Source: Kondoa subrosea (Eukaryota). Taken from it: a stretch of 64,000 nt of DNA. Every line of letters starts with the position of its first letter. Position 1 is the first letter of the stretch. The translations under genes and the position numbers were made by a program. This document shows, piece by piece, positions 51,457 through 64,000 of this stretch. The notes beneath the pieces are model-generated. The model made no database searches, was not told the DNA's origin, and was given only the letters and a program-made list of their open reading frames with translations. The stretch is from the NCBI GenBank assembly GCA_039545335.1, contig BCIN01000006.1, positions 806,001-870,000 of the forward strand, in the 5' to 3' direction.

Positions 51457-52776
51457 ATGTCACTTCCACGACTTGCTTTCGCAGGCGCTATCACTCTCAT
51501 CTTCGTAGCGAATCGTCTGCTCGTGACTCCTGGACCAGCGAATGGTGATCGCTTGTCTAATATTGTTTGCTCTCCCCAATTTCCTTCGCATCTTCTCTTA
51601 CTGTTGACATAGCCTGAAGATTCCGTCCCATTAGACAATGACTGGTACGAGACTTTCGAACACTGGGTAATATATCTCTTTTGCACTCTTCATTCGTGAT
51701 TCCAATGATGTTCCGCAGCATCATCCTCTCAATCCTCTCATGAGCTACAATACTGCTCGAGTACCGTATTTCTCTGCCAAATTGGCTTCCGCTGTTGGGC
51801 TGCGTTCTGGTTCTAGAGTACTAGATGTGTGTCTCCATTGGTTTGATCACTTCTTTCGCTCATTGCTTTTCAAGGTGGGATGCGGAGGCGGTCTAATGAC
51901 GGAAGCACTGGCAAGAAAACTGCCAGAATACTCTTTCACAGGTATGAGTATCTCTTTGACTCGTACGTAAGAGCTGAACTCGATGCAGGGCTCGATCTAT
52001 CTCCAAATTCGGTCAAGCTAGCAACTCAACAAGCAACCAAAGAAGGAGTTACAAATGTTCAATATCAAGCAGGCTCAGCATACGCACTACCTTATGAGGA
52101 TTCGTCTTTCGAAGCAGTCATCAGCTCAGATGTGATCGAACATATCTACGATCTACATACTTACGCAACTCAAATTTCACGAGTACTCAAACCTGGTGGA
52201 GTGTTTGTGTTTGATACAATCAATAGGTCAGTTTCCCTTCATCCAAAGCAGCCTTATAGCATCTTGACGACGTGACTGATAGGACGTGGAAATCAAATTT
52301 ACTCGCCTACTGGGCAGCACAAAAACTGTTTGCTTTCTTACCGAAGCACACACATCATTCATCACTCTTTGGTGAGTACCCTTTGTTCTCCTTGCGATGC
52401 ATGAGACGAGACTGAAACTTGGTTCAACAGTAACGCCTGAGGAGATCAAATCACTTCTCGAAGCTCATGGTTTCGAAGTAGCTCATACGAAAGAGATGCA
52501 AGGCATGACACCTACTTTTAATCCGCTCAGATTTATCAAGGCAGTTCTGAACAAAGGGATCACAAGTATATGGAAAGATGAAACTGTTCGTTGGGCTTTC
52601 ATGGTATGCTCTTCTTGTGGCACTTTTGCTCGTAATGTTCATCGAGAACCAACAGGGTGATTGGGTGCAAACGAGCGATATTAGTCAGAGTAAGTATTCG
52701 CTATCAGCAGGTGAAGAAAGCTGAGCGAGATGGAACAGGTTATGGATGGTATGCGATCAAGAAGAAGGAGTTGTGA
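51457..52776 (+). CDS. SAM-dependent methyltransferase, UbiG/Coq3-like, with hydrophobic N-terminus and C-terminal KKEL
   Basis: VLD|VGCGGGLMTEALA motif I; GLDLSPNSV; GSAYALPYEDSSFEAVISSDVIEHI; RVLKPGGVFVFDTINRT; ends YAIKKKEL*. Confidence 0.85.
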
Positions 52777-52811
52777 TGCTATATGATTTGTTTGCACAAT
52801 ATGATGTCTAG

Positions 52812-53794
52812 CTACATGAAATCATTGCTCCCTATTATTAAAGCGTTAGCCGGGTCACTTTGTAGAGACGTAAACTCGTACTCTTCTGCTTCTTCTTGCT
52901 CCATCTGCGCTGCTATCTCCAAGCCATTGACCAGTTGGTTCTGTGAGAAAGAAAACTGTTTCCTCAGCCATATATATATAGCCAGCAAACGTTCGATCTC
53001 ACATGTAATTCTGCATTAAGTTGCATCATGCCTTCGTCAAAATGGCTTTAGTCAACCATCTTTCGCTTTAGAGCAAGTTCATACCATCTCTTGTCACCAC
53101 GCGATCTACGAAATTATCAGCTATAAAACACCAAAAGGCGAGAGGCAGCACGTACAAGCTGGCATTGGTTCATACGACTCTTGCACTAGTTGTCCATCTT
53201 GTACAAGGACGGAAGCGATAATATCCTCACTGTTCAGAGTCATCAATTGCTTGACTTTACTAAGAATGCTTTTGACAAACGGTTCTCCAGCTCTATTCGC
53301 AGGCGGCAAATTCCTCTCATCTGCGAAAGAAGTCGTTTCAGCGATAGAAACTTAATCAGATGACACACTGGATGCTCACCGACAAGATGTAAGAACCCAT
53401 CTGCTGATCTAGTTTTGGCCATTGTCTTGATTATCAAACTATCATGAACTCTTCCTGCTCTAATTATATCCTCCTACGATGAGACTGACTAGAGCAACAG
53501 ATTCAGGAAGGAGACGAACAAGATCATATGACATATAGCTCTCCAGTTTTCTGCTTCTGTGAATCGATTCGGTCTTTCCAAATTCGAATCTGGTGAATAA
53601 CCAATAACAGTAACTGATTCCGGATGACTTAGAGAAGGTAAGAAAGAGAGAGCGTATTCTTTTGAAGGCAGAAGATGATAGTATAATCCATGAGGATGTT
53701 TGGGATCCTTGATCGGACTGGAATTTGAGGCATATCGCCTACATTGAGCGCGTAACAGACATGAAGACCGACGGAAGAAGAGAGAGGTAGACAT
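52812..53794 (-). CDS. Conserved fungal hypothetical protein, probably mitochondrial
   Basis: Presequence-like MSTSLFFRRSS; GLYYHL; ALSFL; DGFLHLVDERNLPPANR; EDIIASVLVQDG..ESYEPMPA. Confidence 0.7.
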
Positions 53795-54003
53795 CTGCGT
53801 TGGCCGTATGTATCCTTGCAATGAAACATTGTTTTGATGATCGAGTTGCAAGCTTGTCTACTTTCAACCACTTCAACTGACTCAAGGCGGCTCTATATAC
53901 CTCTCTGTCATTGTAGATCTGTGCTTTCATCTGCTCCGCCTGCGCTGCTTCGAGCCATCTTGTTCAAAACTCATTGTTATTTTCTACGCTACTCCCTGTT
54001 GCA

Positions 54004-56243
54004 ATGGCAGCAGCAAGAGCTCGTAAAGGGCGTGAAGCCAAGTTTGATGCACTTGGCCAAGTAGGCAGGTAAGTTCCCATCATGCAGTCCAATTCGCCCT
54101 TTCAAATCTCATCATGATGAATGACAGATTGACTGGAACGGTTATGCCTACAAATGTACCGTTGAATGAAGATGGAGCAGAAGATTTTGAAGCTTTCTTC
54201 ACTTCACCTAAGTCCCAAGCACCTTCAAACAAATCCAATGTATCTACTACTGCTAAGAAATCCAAAGCTACCAAAACCCCTACTGCTGCTGGAGGTGGAA
54301 AGAGAAGAGAAGCTAGACCTGATAAAGCTCATGAATTAGGAGCAGTTGGTAGAGTTACAGGCAAAGTTATTAGAGGTGCTCCTAGAAATAGTGAAGGGGT
54401 TGAAGATATTGATGCTTTCTACAAATCACCTACCGAAGGAGGAACTACTAGTAAGAAATCAATTGCGATGGAAAGTAGGAGAGTTAGTACAGCTAGTTCT
54501 GTGGGCGTTGCTAGAAGAGAAAGTCCAAGTTATAGAAAGAGAAGGGAAACTGAATATGGAGAGCAATTGGATCAGCAAACTTTGGATATGGAAGTTGATG
54601 AAGGTCCGTTCTCTGGTGCTTCTGCCGCATCTCATCGTTAATTGATGTTATGAGAGCAGAATCTGGTATTTCACCAAGAAGTTATATGCAATCCAAGAAC
54701 GCTTCTCAATCCCGTCATTCCATAGCCTTGACCAACTTCTCTGCTTCTCCACCTCTAGCAGCCACCAAGAATTCAACCAGATCTACTCGTTCTTCCTTTG
54801 CAACTACAACTAATGGTGATGAAGCAGAAGAAGGAGACGAAGAGGAAGAAGATGATCATCGAACTGGAAACTTGTCTGCTATTTCTCAATTACCTTCTTC
54901 CCCATCGATAGATGAAGATGATGGGAACGAACCTTTACCTGATTTACCTCCCCAAGATGATAATGAAGAAGAAGAGATTGTTCCAATTCCAATTAGTAGA
55001 GAGAAGAAAGGGAAAGGGAAGCAGAAAGAAATCAGTCCACCTTTACCTAACAATGAGGAACTGATGCAAGATTTGGATGTCTTTGATAATGATTACCAAG
55101 GTCAAGAAGATCAAGATCAACCACAGCAACAGGGCATCGAAGAAGACGGAGAAGAGGAAGAACGTCAATTGGAACCTATCATGGAAGAAGATGAAGATGC
55201 GGCAGACAGCGAGTTGGAGAAAGAGAACCAGAAACAGCAAACATCTTCTGGATCAAAAGGTAAAAAAGGTAAAGGTAAAGGGAAGGAGAAAGCCGGTACT
55301 ACTTCACCTACTGGCAAGAAAGCGCCTGCGAAGAAGAGGAAGTGGGATAGCATAGAACCGGAAGGTTCGTGTTGGGTACCCATGAGCTTTTAGTTAGCTT
55401 ATTTGAATACCGCACGCGAACAGGCGTTCGGAAATCTTCAAGAAGGAGAATTGAACCGCTTGAATATTGGCGCAACGAACGAATCGTCTATGCTCGAAGA
55501 GATAGTGGGCCTCAACCTCATTACGGAATCAAAGATGTCTTGCGACCAGAAAAACCTAAATCCAAATCCTTGGTAGCGAAGAAACGATCTACTAGTGCTG
55601 CTGCTAGACACAAGTCTGTCAAAGATGAAGATGATGATACCGTCAGTGGGGATTTTGAAGGTTGGGATGATGCAACTGATCCGGAAGGTCTGGTCTGGGA
55701 CTACGTCAAGCATGAAGAGACTAGAAGGAGTGAGTTGATACGCTGTTGTCTGATCATCAAGATCAATGCTGAGTACTGGCGAATAGGAATCGCTTTCACC
55801 TCGAAAATGATATCCACCAAAACTGCAGGCAAACAGAACTTTCGCTTCCAGAAGATCTTCACAGATGGTGATTTCATGGCTGGTGGCATTCTTGAGATTC
55901 CGGTCAATGAGAAGAAACCTTTGAAGCCCGCTCGTGACAATAGCTATGTAAGCCTATCGATCACTTTGCACATATGATAGCTGATCGATAAGCAGATCCT
56001 CTTTGTTGTCAAGGGAGCTGTCCGAGCCTTGGTCTATCGTACCACATTCACTATCGCCAAAGGAGGCTTCTTCCTAGTACCGCGAGGTGAGTCTCTTTAA
56101 TCATGTTCGTCAAGCATTGTCTGACAGCGGTTACATCAGGCAACTCATACGAGATCGAGAACATTGGCTCGACGGACGCGCAGATCGTCTTTCTTCAGGG
56201 TCGAGAAATTCGAGTGACGGAAGAAATTCAACCTGACGAATGA
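54004..56243 (+). CDS. MIF2: Inner kinetochore protein CENP-C/Mif2
   Basis: N-terminal GQVGRLTG; CENP-C motif RKSSRRRIEPLEYWRNERIVY; cupin domain FRFQKIFTDGDFMAGG...VPRGNSYEIEN. Confidence 0.93.
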
Positions 56244-56332
56244 TTTCTAAGTTTCTTGTTGTTACACGCTTGCTTTTACAATTGCTCAATGTACAAACTT
56301 CATACACACATACACGACTTGCCAAAATGCTT

Positions 56333-56750
56333 CTATTGCTGAATTGGTCTATTCACTGGTATCCGAACTAATTTCTCTGGCATAGTGTCTTCTCCTTGTG
56401 ACTTTTCCGCTAATGACACTGTACACTCTTACTTTCAGTCTATGCTATGTTTCTGTTGAAAGCAGAACTCACTCAAAGCAATCTGAGATGCTCTGAACAC
56501 ACTCTGCCAATTCTCGACGACTTTCGCAACAGCTGTCATCCGCAAAAGTAATCTGAGCACAGGCTCATATGCCTACATTGCTCTCCAGCTGCTGACCTTG
56601 TCCTCCTTCGAGCAAGACTTTAGTATTCTCTCCTAATTTCTCAAGCTGGTCTGCCAAAGCAGCACTTTCCTCTTCTATCCTTTTGAAAGATTGTACTTCA
56701 CTTATACGGTCACGTAACCTTTGTTGTATCGTGGAGAAATCGCGTGACAT
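56333..56750 (-). CDS. DAD2: DASH/Dam1 complex subunit Dad2
   Basis: RLRDRISEVQSFKRIEEESAALADQLEKL...L.EGGQ|AVAKVVENWQSVFRA...PEKLVRIPV matches the Dad2 pattern. Confidence 0.85.
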
Positions 56751-57212
56751 GGTATGATGAGGTGTATAACAAGAAAGCAAGGTTCAATTGTATGTGAGCA
56801 TGGGATTTTGTTATAGAACAGCTTGTAGGAAACTGTATGTAGTACAAATCGATTCATCCCCTACACAGTTGATTTCGAGAATCCCGTTTGATACGAATAC
56901 CAATTACCCTTGCATCTCTTGACGATAACCCGCTTGAGAACGTCTTGATAGGAAAAAGGTCGAGAACCCCAAAAAGTCGAGTGAAGGAGATCTTGTTTAC
57001 AAATAGAAGACAGAATAAGACGAAAGAAAGAAAGGAGTAGAAGTACAGATAGAAAGTTTTGAGAGGGGTGAGTTTTGAGAATTGAGGTGTTTAATTGCAA
57101 GACAGGGCTGATTGATCGAAAGGAAAGGACAAGAGGATTTTGACGCAAGAGGAGCTGCCTTGGTAGAGGCGCTACAAAACCCTTGCATCTTTCTTCTTCT
57201 TCTGTCTGTCTT

Positions 57213-58814
57213 TCAGACCAAACTTTCTTTTCTTGCTCTTTTTCCACCTCTTCGTTTGGTCTTCTTGTTGTTCAACGAAGCCCAGGCTGAGTCCACACTA
57301 TCTCTAGGCATGCCAACCACATATCGTTGAGCTGGATGTAGAGGATTCGTAAGAGGCATTTGTCTGCTTTCTTCAATCGAAGAAGAAGTGGTGGAAGAGG
57401 TCGAAGAAGCAGCTAGCGATAGACTAGGAGAAGGAGATCGATTGTTGTTCTTGTTAGTGACAATGGTAGGCGAAGAGGAAACTCGACGCGGACTGTACTG
57501 GAATGGACTGCCAGGTGTTTGTAGACCATACTGGTGATGCATCTGAGCAGGAGGAGGTGGTGGTACAGAAGAAGGAGATTGATTGTTGTAGAGCTGAGGA
57601 GTTTGTTGCAAACTTATGCGCCGCATATGATGACCTTGAGGGGTTTGCTGAGATGAGCTTGGTGGAGGTAAAGCCAGACCAGCTGCAGAGAATCGAGGGT
57701 CCATCATTGGGTTCATTGATACTTTGATACTGGGCGGAGGTGGTGAGCCTTGCTGCATAGGAAAGCTGAACATCCTTTGCTGTTGTTGTTGAAATGGCGA
57801 AGGACTGTTGTTTGAAGGGAAGCGAACTACTGGAACAGGTCGATTTTGTGATTGATGATGAGGCTGCAGAGGTGAGCGTGTAGGAGAGAAAGAGCGGTCA
57901 TTTTGCAGAATTGGAGCTGGAAAAGGCAACGAAGCTTCCCAGGCATCTTGATGAGCTCGAAAGATGGCCATAGTAACGCGCGCGTCCTCGATCTATCATT
58001 GCGCGAATTAAAGACACTGTATTACTGTAAATTAACGCAGCACTGACCGAACTATGCTCTCCAGATTGGACATCGACAGATAAAACGATTTTCGCCAAAG
58101 CCCTCAAACTAGGTCGTGATGTGCATGCCAGCTTTTGCAAAGGTTCGTAAAGAGCTGTATCTCTTGTGCAAGGAGCCGGATGAAGAATACCAAGAACCTG
58201 TCAATTGGCAAGCACAATGATCAGCTTCGAAGCTAAACATCATGCTCTTCCAAGCTGACCTCCAAATCGTTATAAACAGCATGTCCAACCAATACTTTCC
58301 CCTTCAACAATTCCTGAACTCTCTGTTGTACGACTTGAAAGCTTGGAGCGCCCAACAGATCTGCTTCTCTCACACCAGAAACCCAACTTCGATAATCGAC
58401 CACTTTCTCGCTCGGTGCGCAAAACGTATCGAGCAAAACGTTGCCATCAAACCCGACCAAGGATACTCTTGCTAATGCTGAAGTAAGGCCTTGTACACCT
58501 ACACCAACGAATTCGCAATCCAATGCCACGTAGCAAGAAGAATCGTATGCCGGAGCAGAAGAAGAAAGTGCGGTCGATGATGGAGGTGGTGATGGACTTG
58601 CAGGTGGGGACATGATGGATGAAGAGAACGGACCATTCATACTTGAATTTGGCGAAGATGGACCTTGTTGCAATTGATTGTAAGGATTGAAGGACATTGA
58701 GGGCGAGGTAAAGTTGAAGGCATGTTGCTGTTGATGAGCATAGTGATGATTGTAGTGCTGTTGCTGCTGATAGAAGGGATCCAACAAAGGTGAATGCGAA
58801 GCGACCATAGTCAT
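57213..58814 (-). CDS. DEDDh 3'-5' RNA exonuclease (Rex4-like) with Gln/Pro/Ser-rich extensions
   Basis: YVALDCEFVGVG; LARVSLV; VVDYRSWVSGV; LVGHAVYNDL; SLRALA; VQSGEHSS|IEDARVTMAIFR. Confidence 0.88.
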
Positions 58815-59802
58815 TCTCGTTTACAAGTTTGATGAGCGTTCAAAGCAAAGAGATCACCGAGTCGTTCAAGACTGAAGAGTGTGCTAGAGTCTTACAACAG
58901 GAGTCTTCTGCGAACAGCTTGCCCCGTGTTTGACTTCGGTTCTTTCGTTTCTTGATAGATTGAGGCTGGCGGCTGAGGAGCGACACAGCTTGATTGACAG
59001 ATGTGTTCAGTAAGGTGTGAGTTGATGAAATTGCAATAGAAGACAAAAGGAATGCGAAAGAGCGTTGATTGGGTGCAGAATGGCTTACTCAAGCAAAGAT
59101 GGCAGCCTGGCTTGGATCAGGCTCCCTTGGCTGGTGCATAGGTCTCTGCCTGAAGGCCAGACAGTCCAAGAAAGGTATATTACTACTAATGTGATGGTTT
59201 CGAAGAACAACTCGAGTTTGACGAACGGGAAGTCGTTTGTCTTCGGCTACCATCTCAAGATCGAAAGGCGAAGACAATACATGCCAGACTCAGTATCATA
59301 GACGCCGTGCCTATGAGGGCCGTACAGCATCGCTTTGAGTCATATTCATGCGTTCGAGCTCGAGGCGCCGCAATTTTCATTTCCACTCGTGACTGCTTCT
59401 GCATTGCTGAGATGCCCACGAATTGTGCTTAGTCTCATCTCCTTCCGTGCCATGTGAGAATTAAGTGCTTGCCGCCGCCGTCTGATCGTTCTGTCTTGTT
59501 CGCTATGGCTCGCAGAACTAGCTCTCTCTCTTTCTTTGTACGGTGGTTGACAGCGGGTCACTGCTCATTCACTGTCTGTCGCTCAGTGGCTTGATTGAGA
59601 AAATGTTCCTTCTCTGCATTTTGTCTTGCACGAAATTCCCTCCCCGAGGGCGATCCCTATACATCTGCACACTCGCGTAGACGAAGTCAAGAAAACTACT
59701 CATGATGTACCTTTCGAGATTGTGGTCTAAGTTCTAGTAATGCATGTTTGTACTAACATGAAGAGCGAAATGATTGAATTACAGGCATGGTATATCTATC
59801 AA

Positions 59803-60435
59803 TCAAGCTGCATTGCCCGAACGTGGAGTAGCTACCTCTAGGTGACGCTTAATGGCCTCCCACTCTTCGGCAGAAACAGGTGGATTGAGATGGGATGCAG
59901 CAAGAGCCATAGGCAATTCGGAATCGGGATGGCCAATATTAGCCAAAGTAGTCAGCCAATGTTGCACCCTGATTTGTGCTGTGGCCAGATATGCCGGACC
60001 TTCCTCAAATGACAGAGCGTTGCAAGCAGCGAATAAGGTATACCAAAATCCATGCCACTCTTCTTCCGTAATGTTCACTACTTTCATACGATGCTGCGCT
60101 GCTCGATGGTGCTCCACAGCCACCAATATATCGGTTTCAATGTGACGAGAGCGAATCTGAAATTGACCTCTGGCTGCAGCTCCAGCGGCTTTATCATTCT
60201 GTGTGATCTTGCGGTTTGCATAGACTCGGGTCATAAGAGCGGCACCAGCCTGAGCCAAGATGGTCGCGGGCTGCAGACCAAAATATGCCGAAGCATACGA
60301 ACCGACCAGTGCAATCAGGACAACAGCTGTGGAATTTCGCTTGAGGGTTTTAGTCGAAGCTAAGGCATCTTCGAACTCCTTCTTTGTTCGCTCGGCGAGA
60401 TGAAGGTCGAAATTTCGTTGATCTTGGATTGGCAT
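59803..60435 (-). CDS. Intronless hypothetical protein (~210 aa) with one hydrophobic segment
   Basis: Open frame from MPIQDQRNF to TGA 59803; upstream TATTTAAA (~60523-60530, minus strand) followed by a CT-rich tract. Confidence 0.6.
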   Translation of the reverse strand: MPIQDQRNFDLHLAERTKKEFEDALASTKTLKRNSTAVVLIALVGSYASAYFGLQPATILAQAGAALMTRVYANRKITQNDKAAGAAARGQFQIRSRHIETDILVAVEHHRAAQHRMKVVNITEEEWHGFWYTLFAACNALSFEEGPAYLATAQIRVQHWLTTLANIGHPDSELPMALAASHLNPPVSAEEWEAIKRHLEVATPRSGNAA

Positions 60436-60977
60436 GTTGAATTGAAGATTTAGGCGAAGTAATGAAAGAGGTAGAATCAGAATGTCTAGAAGTAATTGAC
60501 AAAAGAAGAAGAAGAAGAAGGGTTTAAATAGGCCTGAAGAGGTCGGCTTTACATCACCAGACAATACCGGATTTATACGCCAAATCACCAGACCGAATTT
60601 ACGCACAAGACCAAAGCAAGCTCATCGCGAGACTAGAAAGGGTCGCTCGGACATCGAAGCCAGCAACAGAGCAACCACTAGTCTTTACCAGACATGTTTT
60701 AAGCGTAGCATGCGAATCACCGATATGAAAATGACATGAAAGCTCAGTGAAGGTTAACAAAGAAAAGAAGAAGAAGATCCAGCTAAAAAGCATCTGCGAA
60801 GGTGATTTGGAATCGTCTGACTGTACTTGATATGTTGACAACTATTTGATTCAAGTGAACGAAACGAACTGAACGAACGGAAATGAAATGTACAGGCATG
60901 CTTTTTCTTCTCTTGTCCGCTTTCTCGCTTTTCTTGTATTCTCTTTACTTTCAGCTTCCTCACTCTTCTTCTGGCTT

Positions 60978-61943
60978 TCAAATTGCAACACCCATTCCCA
61001 TAACTCTCTTGAATTCTTCTCTCAATACTTGTCCATCTTCATCCACTTCCAAACCGAAAACCGAATCAATCGGTACCCAATTTACACCATCGCCATCACC
61101 ACCTTGAACCAAAACAGGACTCATTGGTTTCTTTGCTCTACCCATACTCATTCGAAACGCTTCCCGTTCTTTTGATCCTTCCGATTTCATAGACCAAACA
61201 GAAGGTAATTCAATCGAGGGAGTAATTGGACCATCTGTGGAAGAAAAAGAAGATCGAGTTGACCCAGAGGAAGAAGACGAAGTGATTGAAGGGGTGAAAG
61301 AATCAGTTGCTGATCTAGGGTAAACATCGTTTCCTCTTAAAGTCCATTCTCTTGCCATTGCAGAAGAATCGGGAGTGAGGAATGGGCTGAGGGTAGGATT
61401 GGTGACACGGGACGGGGCAGTTGCATCTGGGAACAGAGAGGATGCGAAGTTTTGAATATCGATCAAAGACACAGCCGAGTTTGAAGAAGTGCTCTTTGAT
61501 AAAGGAACAGCGCCATAAGTTGTTGGTCTTGTTGATCGAAAGCGAGGAGGTGAAAGTGTCTTTGCTCTTGAATCATCGATCGAATTTCGAAGTGGAAAGT
61601 GCGACAAAGTATTATTGGACCGGGTTAGCGAATGGATTGGACTTGCAACATTTGTAGAGAGATTAACATGTGAGGTAGACTTTGACAGATTGTTCTTTTC
61701 GCGAGACTGGCATTTCTAATCAGCAAAACGCGTCGGATACAACGGGAAGGAATTCACCTTGCCAGCAAATCTCTTGAACTTCGTCATCAAGCCGACCTTC
61801 TCTTTAGTTTGTTTGCTTGTTGGAACAATGATCGCAGGTGCCAACAATGCTTGACGAGAGTTCTGGCCAGCAGTTGAATAAGGCTCGTAAAGTGACCTGA
61901 ATGAATAGGTAGAAGCAGAAGTGCTCATTGACACGCTCATCAT
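60978..61943 (-). CDS. Ser/Thr-rich hypothetical protein
   Basis: MMSVSMSTS...FAGK exon spliced into long Ser-rich ORF 60978-61607 ending WVPIDSVFGLEVD..FKRVMG. Confidence 0.55.
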
Positions 61944-62188
61944 AGAATTGTATAGGTACAATATGGGCAGTAGCACCTGGCTGAGCCGTAACAAGAAGCA
62001 AAAGCTTTGATAAATGGCTTTAGTCAGGGGAATGGGTAAAAAAGGGACAGGCAAAAATGAAATCATTACATAAATAGGATATATGACGCGGCTTCAAAAC
62101 TGATAGAGCAGCAAGGAAATCGACGAGAGGTATCGGGGAGATTGAGACTATTTGATACATTGTTTGGTGTGGCCTTGTCGCTTTTTGA

Positions 62189-62799
62189 TCAGGCGCCTTT
62201 CTGTCCAGGCGCCGGATTCCCGCCAGAAGAGCCTCTATTGGGACCAGAGCTTTTGCGAGTGTTCTTGTCTGTTGCTCCGCTAGGTACATCTTGCCTTGCC
62301 CCGTCCGAAATGGTAGATTTTGAGTTGGCAGCGGAGGGTGCTGGAAGAGCAGCTCAGAATGACACAATCAGAAGATTAACGAGAATTACTTGAAGTGCCC
62401 ATATCCTCGCCAGTCTGTCCATGATGATCAGCAAGGATCACAGCGAAAACAAGCTGAAATAAGCAGCACACCTCTTTCTCTATCTGCTTGGAAGCTGTTT
62501 CTGGATTTGTATCCTTGTTGTATGCTGCGTCGCTGTTTGCTACCTGGTCTGTATCGGCCTGCAGTTGCGGCAATTCTTAGCTCAACTTCGATAGCTTGCG
62601 GCCGATAGTCTCATGCGACTCACTCCAGATGCATACTCAGATCCACCTGAATGTTGTCGTAGATCAGTAAGCAGCAGGTATGACAAAGGTGAACCTTACC
62701 ACCAGGGAATGGTGCTTTCGACAAAGGTGCAGCTGATCGACTGAATTGGCGAGAGTAGAGCGCAGGAGAGCGGACTTGATTGCGTAGAGCTGCTAGCAT
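62189..62799 (-). CDS. Small hydrophilic protein with mitochondrial presequence-like N-terminus
   Basis: MLAALRNQVRSPALYSRQFSRSAAPLSK followed by several short exons (TDQVANSDAAYNKDTNPE...); ends GQKGA*. Confidence 0.6.
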
Positions 62800-62892
62800 G
62801 TTGAATAGGACGAAGTCAACTCTGTGCAAGGAGACGATGACTGTCTGAGGAAGAGAAGACCATCGATTTGCCATTTTACATTTACTATGCAT

Positions 62893-64000
62893 TTAAGTCT
62901 CCTGCTTCGACTCCATCACCACGTCTACAGCTTCCGCACTCTCTACAGGTGCTGCAGAAACAGGTACAGCCATTTCTTCGTCGTCTTTCTTGGCCGACGT
63001 TTCTTCATCTTTCTTGATCTCTTGATCGTTCTTCGCCAGATTTTCTTCTTCGTTTTTAGCCAGCATATCTCTGGTCAGACTCTTCTGGTGATCGCTACCA
63101 GTCTCGGCTTTCAAAATCTCCCTCAGAGCCATAGTAGCATAAGTACTTGATCCAAGAGTCAAATCAAGCTGTAAAGCCAAATGTTGACCATCTGCTGGAG
63201 GTTCTGGCAGAGTTCGGTTGAAAAGACGATCTTCGTCTGTTGCTGCCAGTGGGAAATTAGGATCGTCGTAGCGTAGAAGCTTGTAAGTCATGTTGGCAGG
63301 TTTATGCATAATTCTTCGATATGTTCCGGCCATGGAGAATTCACTATCAAGCAACAGAGTCATGGATGTCAAGGAAAAGAGTATAGAGATGCGTACGATT
63401 GCTCCCGCCAGAGATTATCTGGATCTACACCATCTGCTAGCATCAAGTCTCGATAAAGCTTGCCTAATTCTCCATCAGGGTATTTGACAATGAAACCAGG
63501 CACAGGCATGAGAACATCAAAGACAGTATAGTTTGGCAAGTCGGCTTCAGTGAGAGTATGAACAGCAGGTAACTTTGATGATTTTTTCAGCTTGTCGATC
63601 GCACTGAGTTCGACCTCCTCTTCTTCTTCATCTGCTCCTTCTACAGCTACTTCTTCAGCCACTTCAGTGGAAGGCTCCGATTCTGATGCTTCCTTGTCGA
63701 CTAGCACTACATCGCCAACAATCGGAGTTTTGCAACCAAAGAGTTCTATGCGTTTCGAAACGACCGTGTTCCAGAGCCAAGATTGATAGCCATGTATATA
63801 CAGCATCTTGAGGTTCTTTGGTATCTGTTCCATTATGTTCACAACTTATCAACAATAATGCTGAGACGTTGCGACATGACGAACCGATCTCAAAGCTCCC
63901 AGATAATCATAGGCGCCATCTTTGCTTTGTTTGCTCAGACTTTCGAGTACTGTCATTCAAAGTCGCACAAAGCATTAGCGGAAGGCTGAACTTGAGTGCT
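62893..64000 (-). CDS. PUS7: TruD-family pseudouridine synthase Pus7 (5' part outside the window)
   Basis: IPKNLKMLYIHGYQSWLWN.VVSKRI; FDVLMPVPG; MAGTYRRI; LQLDLTLGSSTYATMALREILK. Confidence 0.93.

Noticed and set aside
1..64000. Genome-wide reassignment of TAG to a sense codon
   Set aside because: TAG terminates DAD2 (56333), the GH26 gene (24568) and others at plausible C-termini, and none of the conserved housekeeping exons I checked needs an internal TAG.

Overview
Gene-dense, intron-rich fungal genomic DNA, almost certainly a basidiomycete (probably Pucciniomycotina; inferred from short ~45-60 nt GT-AG introns, frequent micro-exons and the protein families present). I reconstructed about 33 spliced protein-coding genes by hand. 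Recognisable housekeeping genes are RAD18 (truncated at the left edge), REV1, eIF2B-delta, PNK1, COA8, a peroxisomal DAO-family oxidoreductase, UBC6, SRV2/CAP, Cdc25, a SAC-domain phosphatase, MIF2/CENP-C, DAD2, a REX4-like exonuclease and PUS7 (truncated at the right edge). I saw no tRNA, rRNA, CRISPR array or clear transposon. The more unusual material is: (i) a three-member family of unrecognised ~180-200 aa proteins with shared motifs and intron positions; (ii) two paralogous secreted Thr/Cys-rich proteins ending in a conserved cationic peptide after a KR site; (iii) single in-frame TAG codons in two otherwise intact genes; (iv) a UbiG-like methyltransferase with an apparent signal peptide and a KKEL tail. 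Exon boundaries were read manually, so gene ends are approximate, and no database searches were run.
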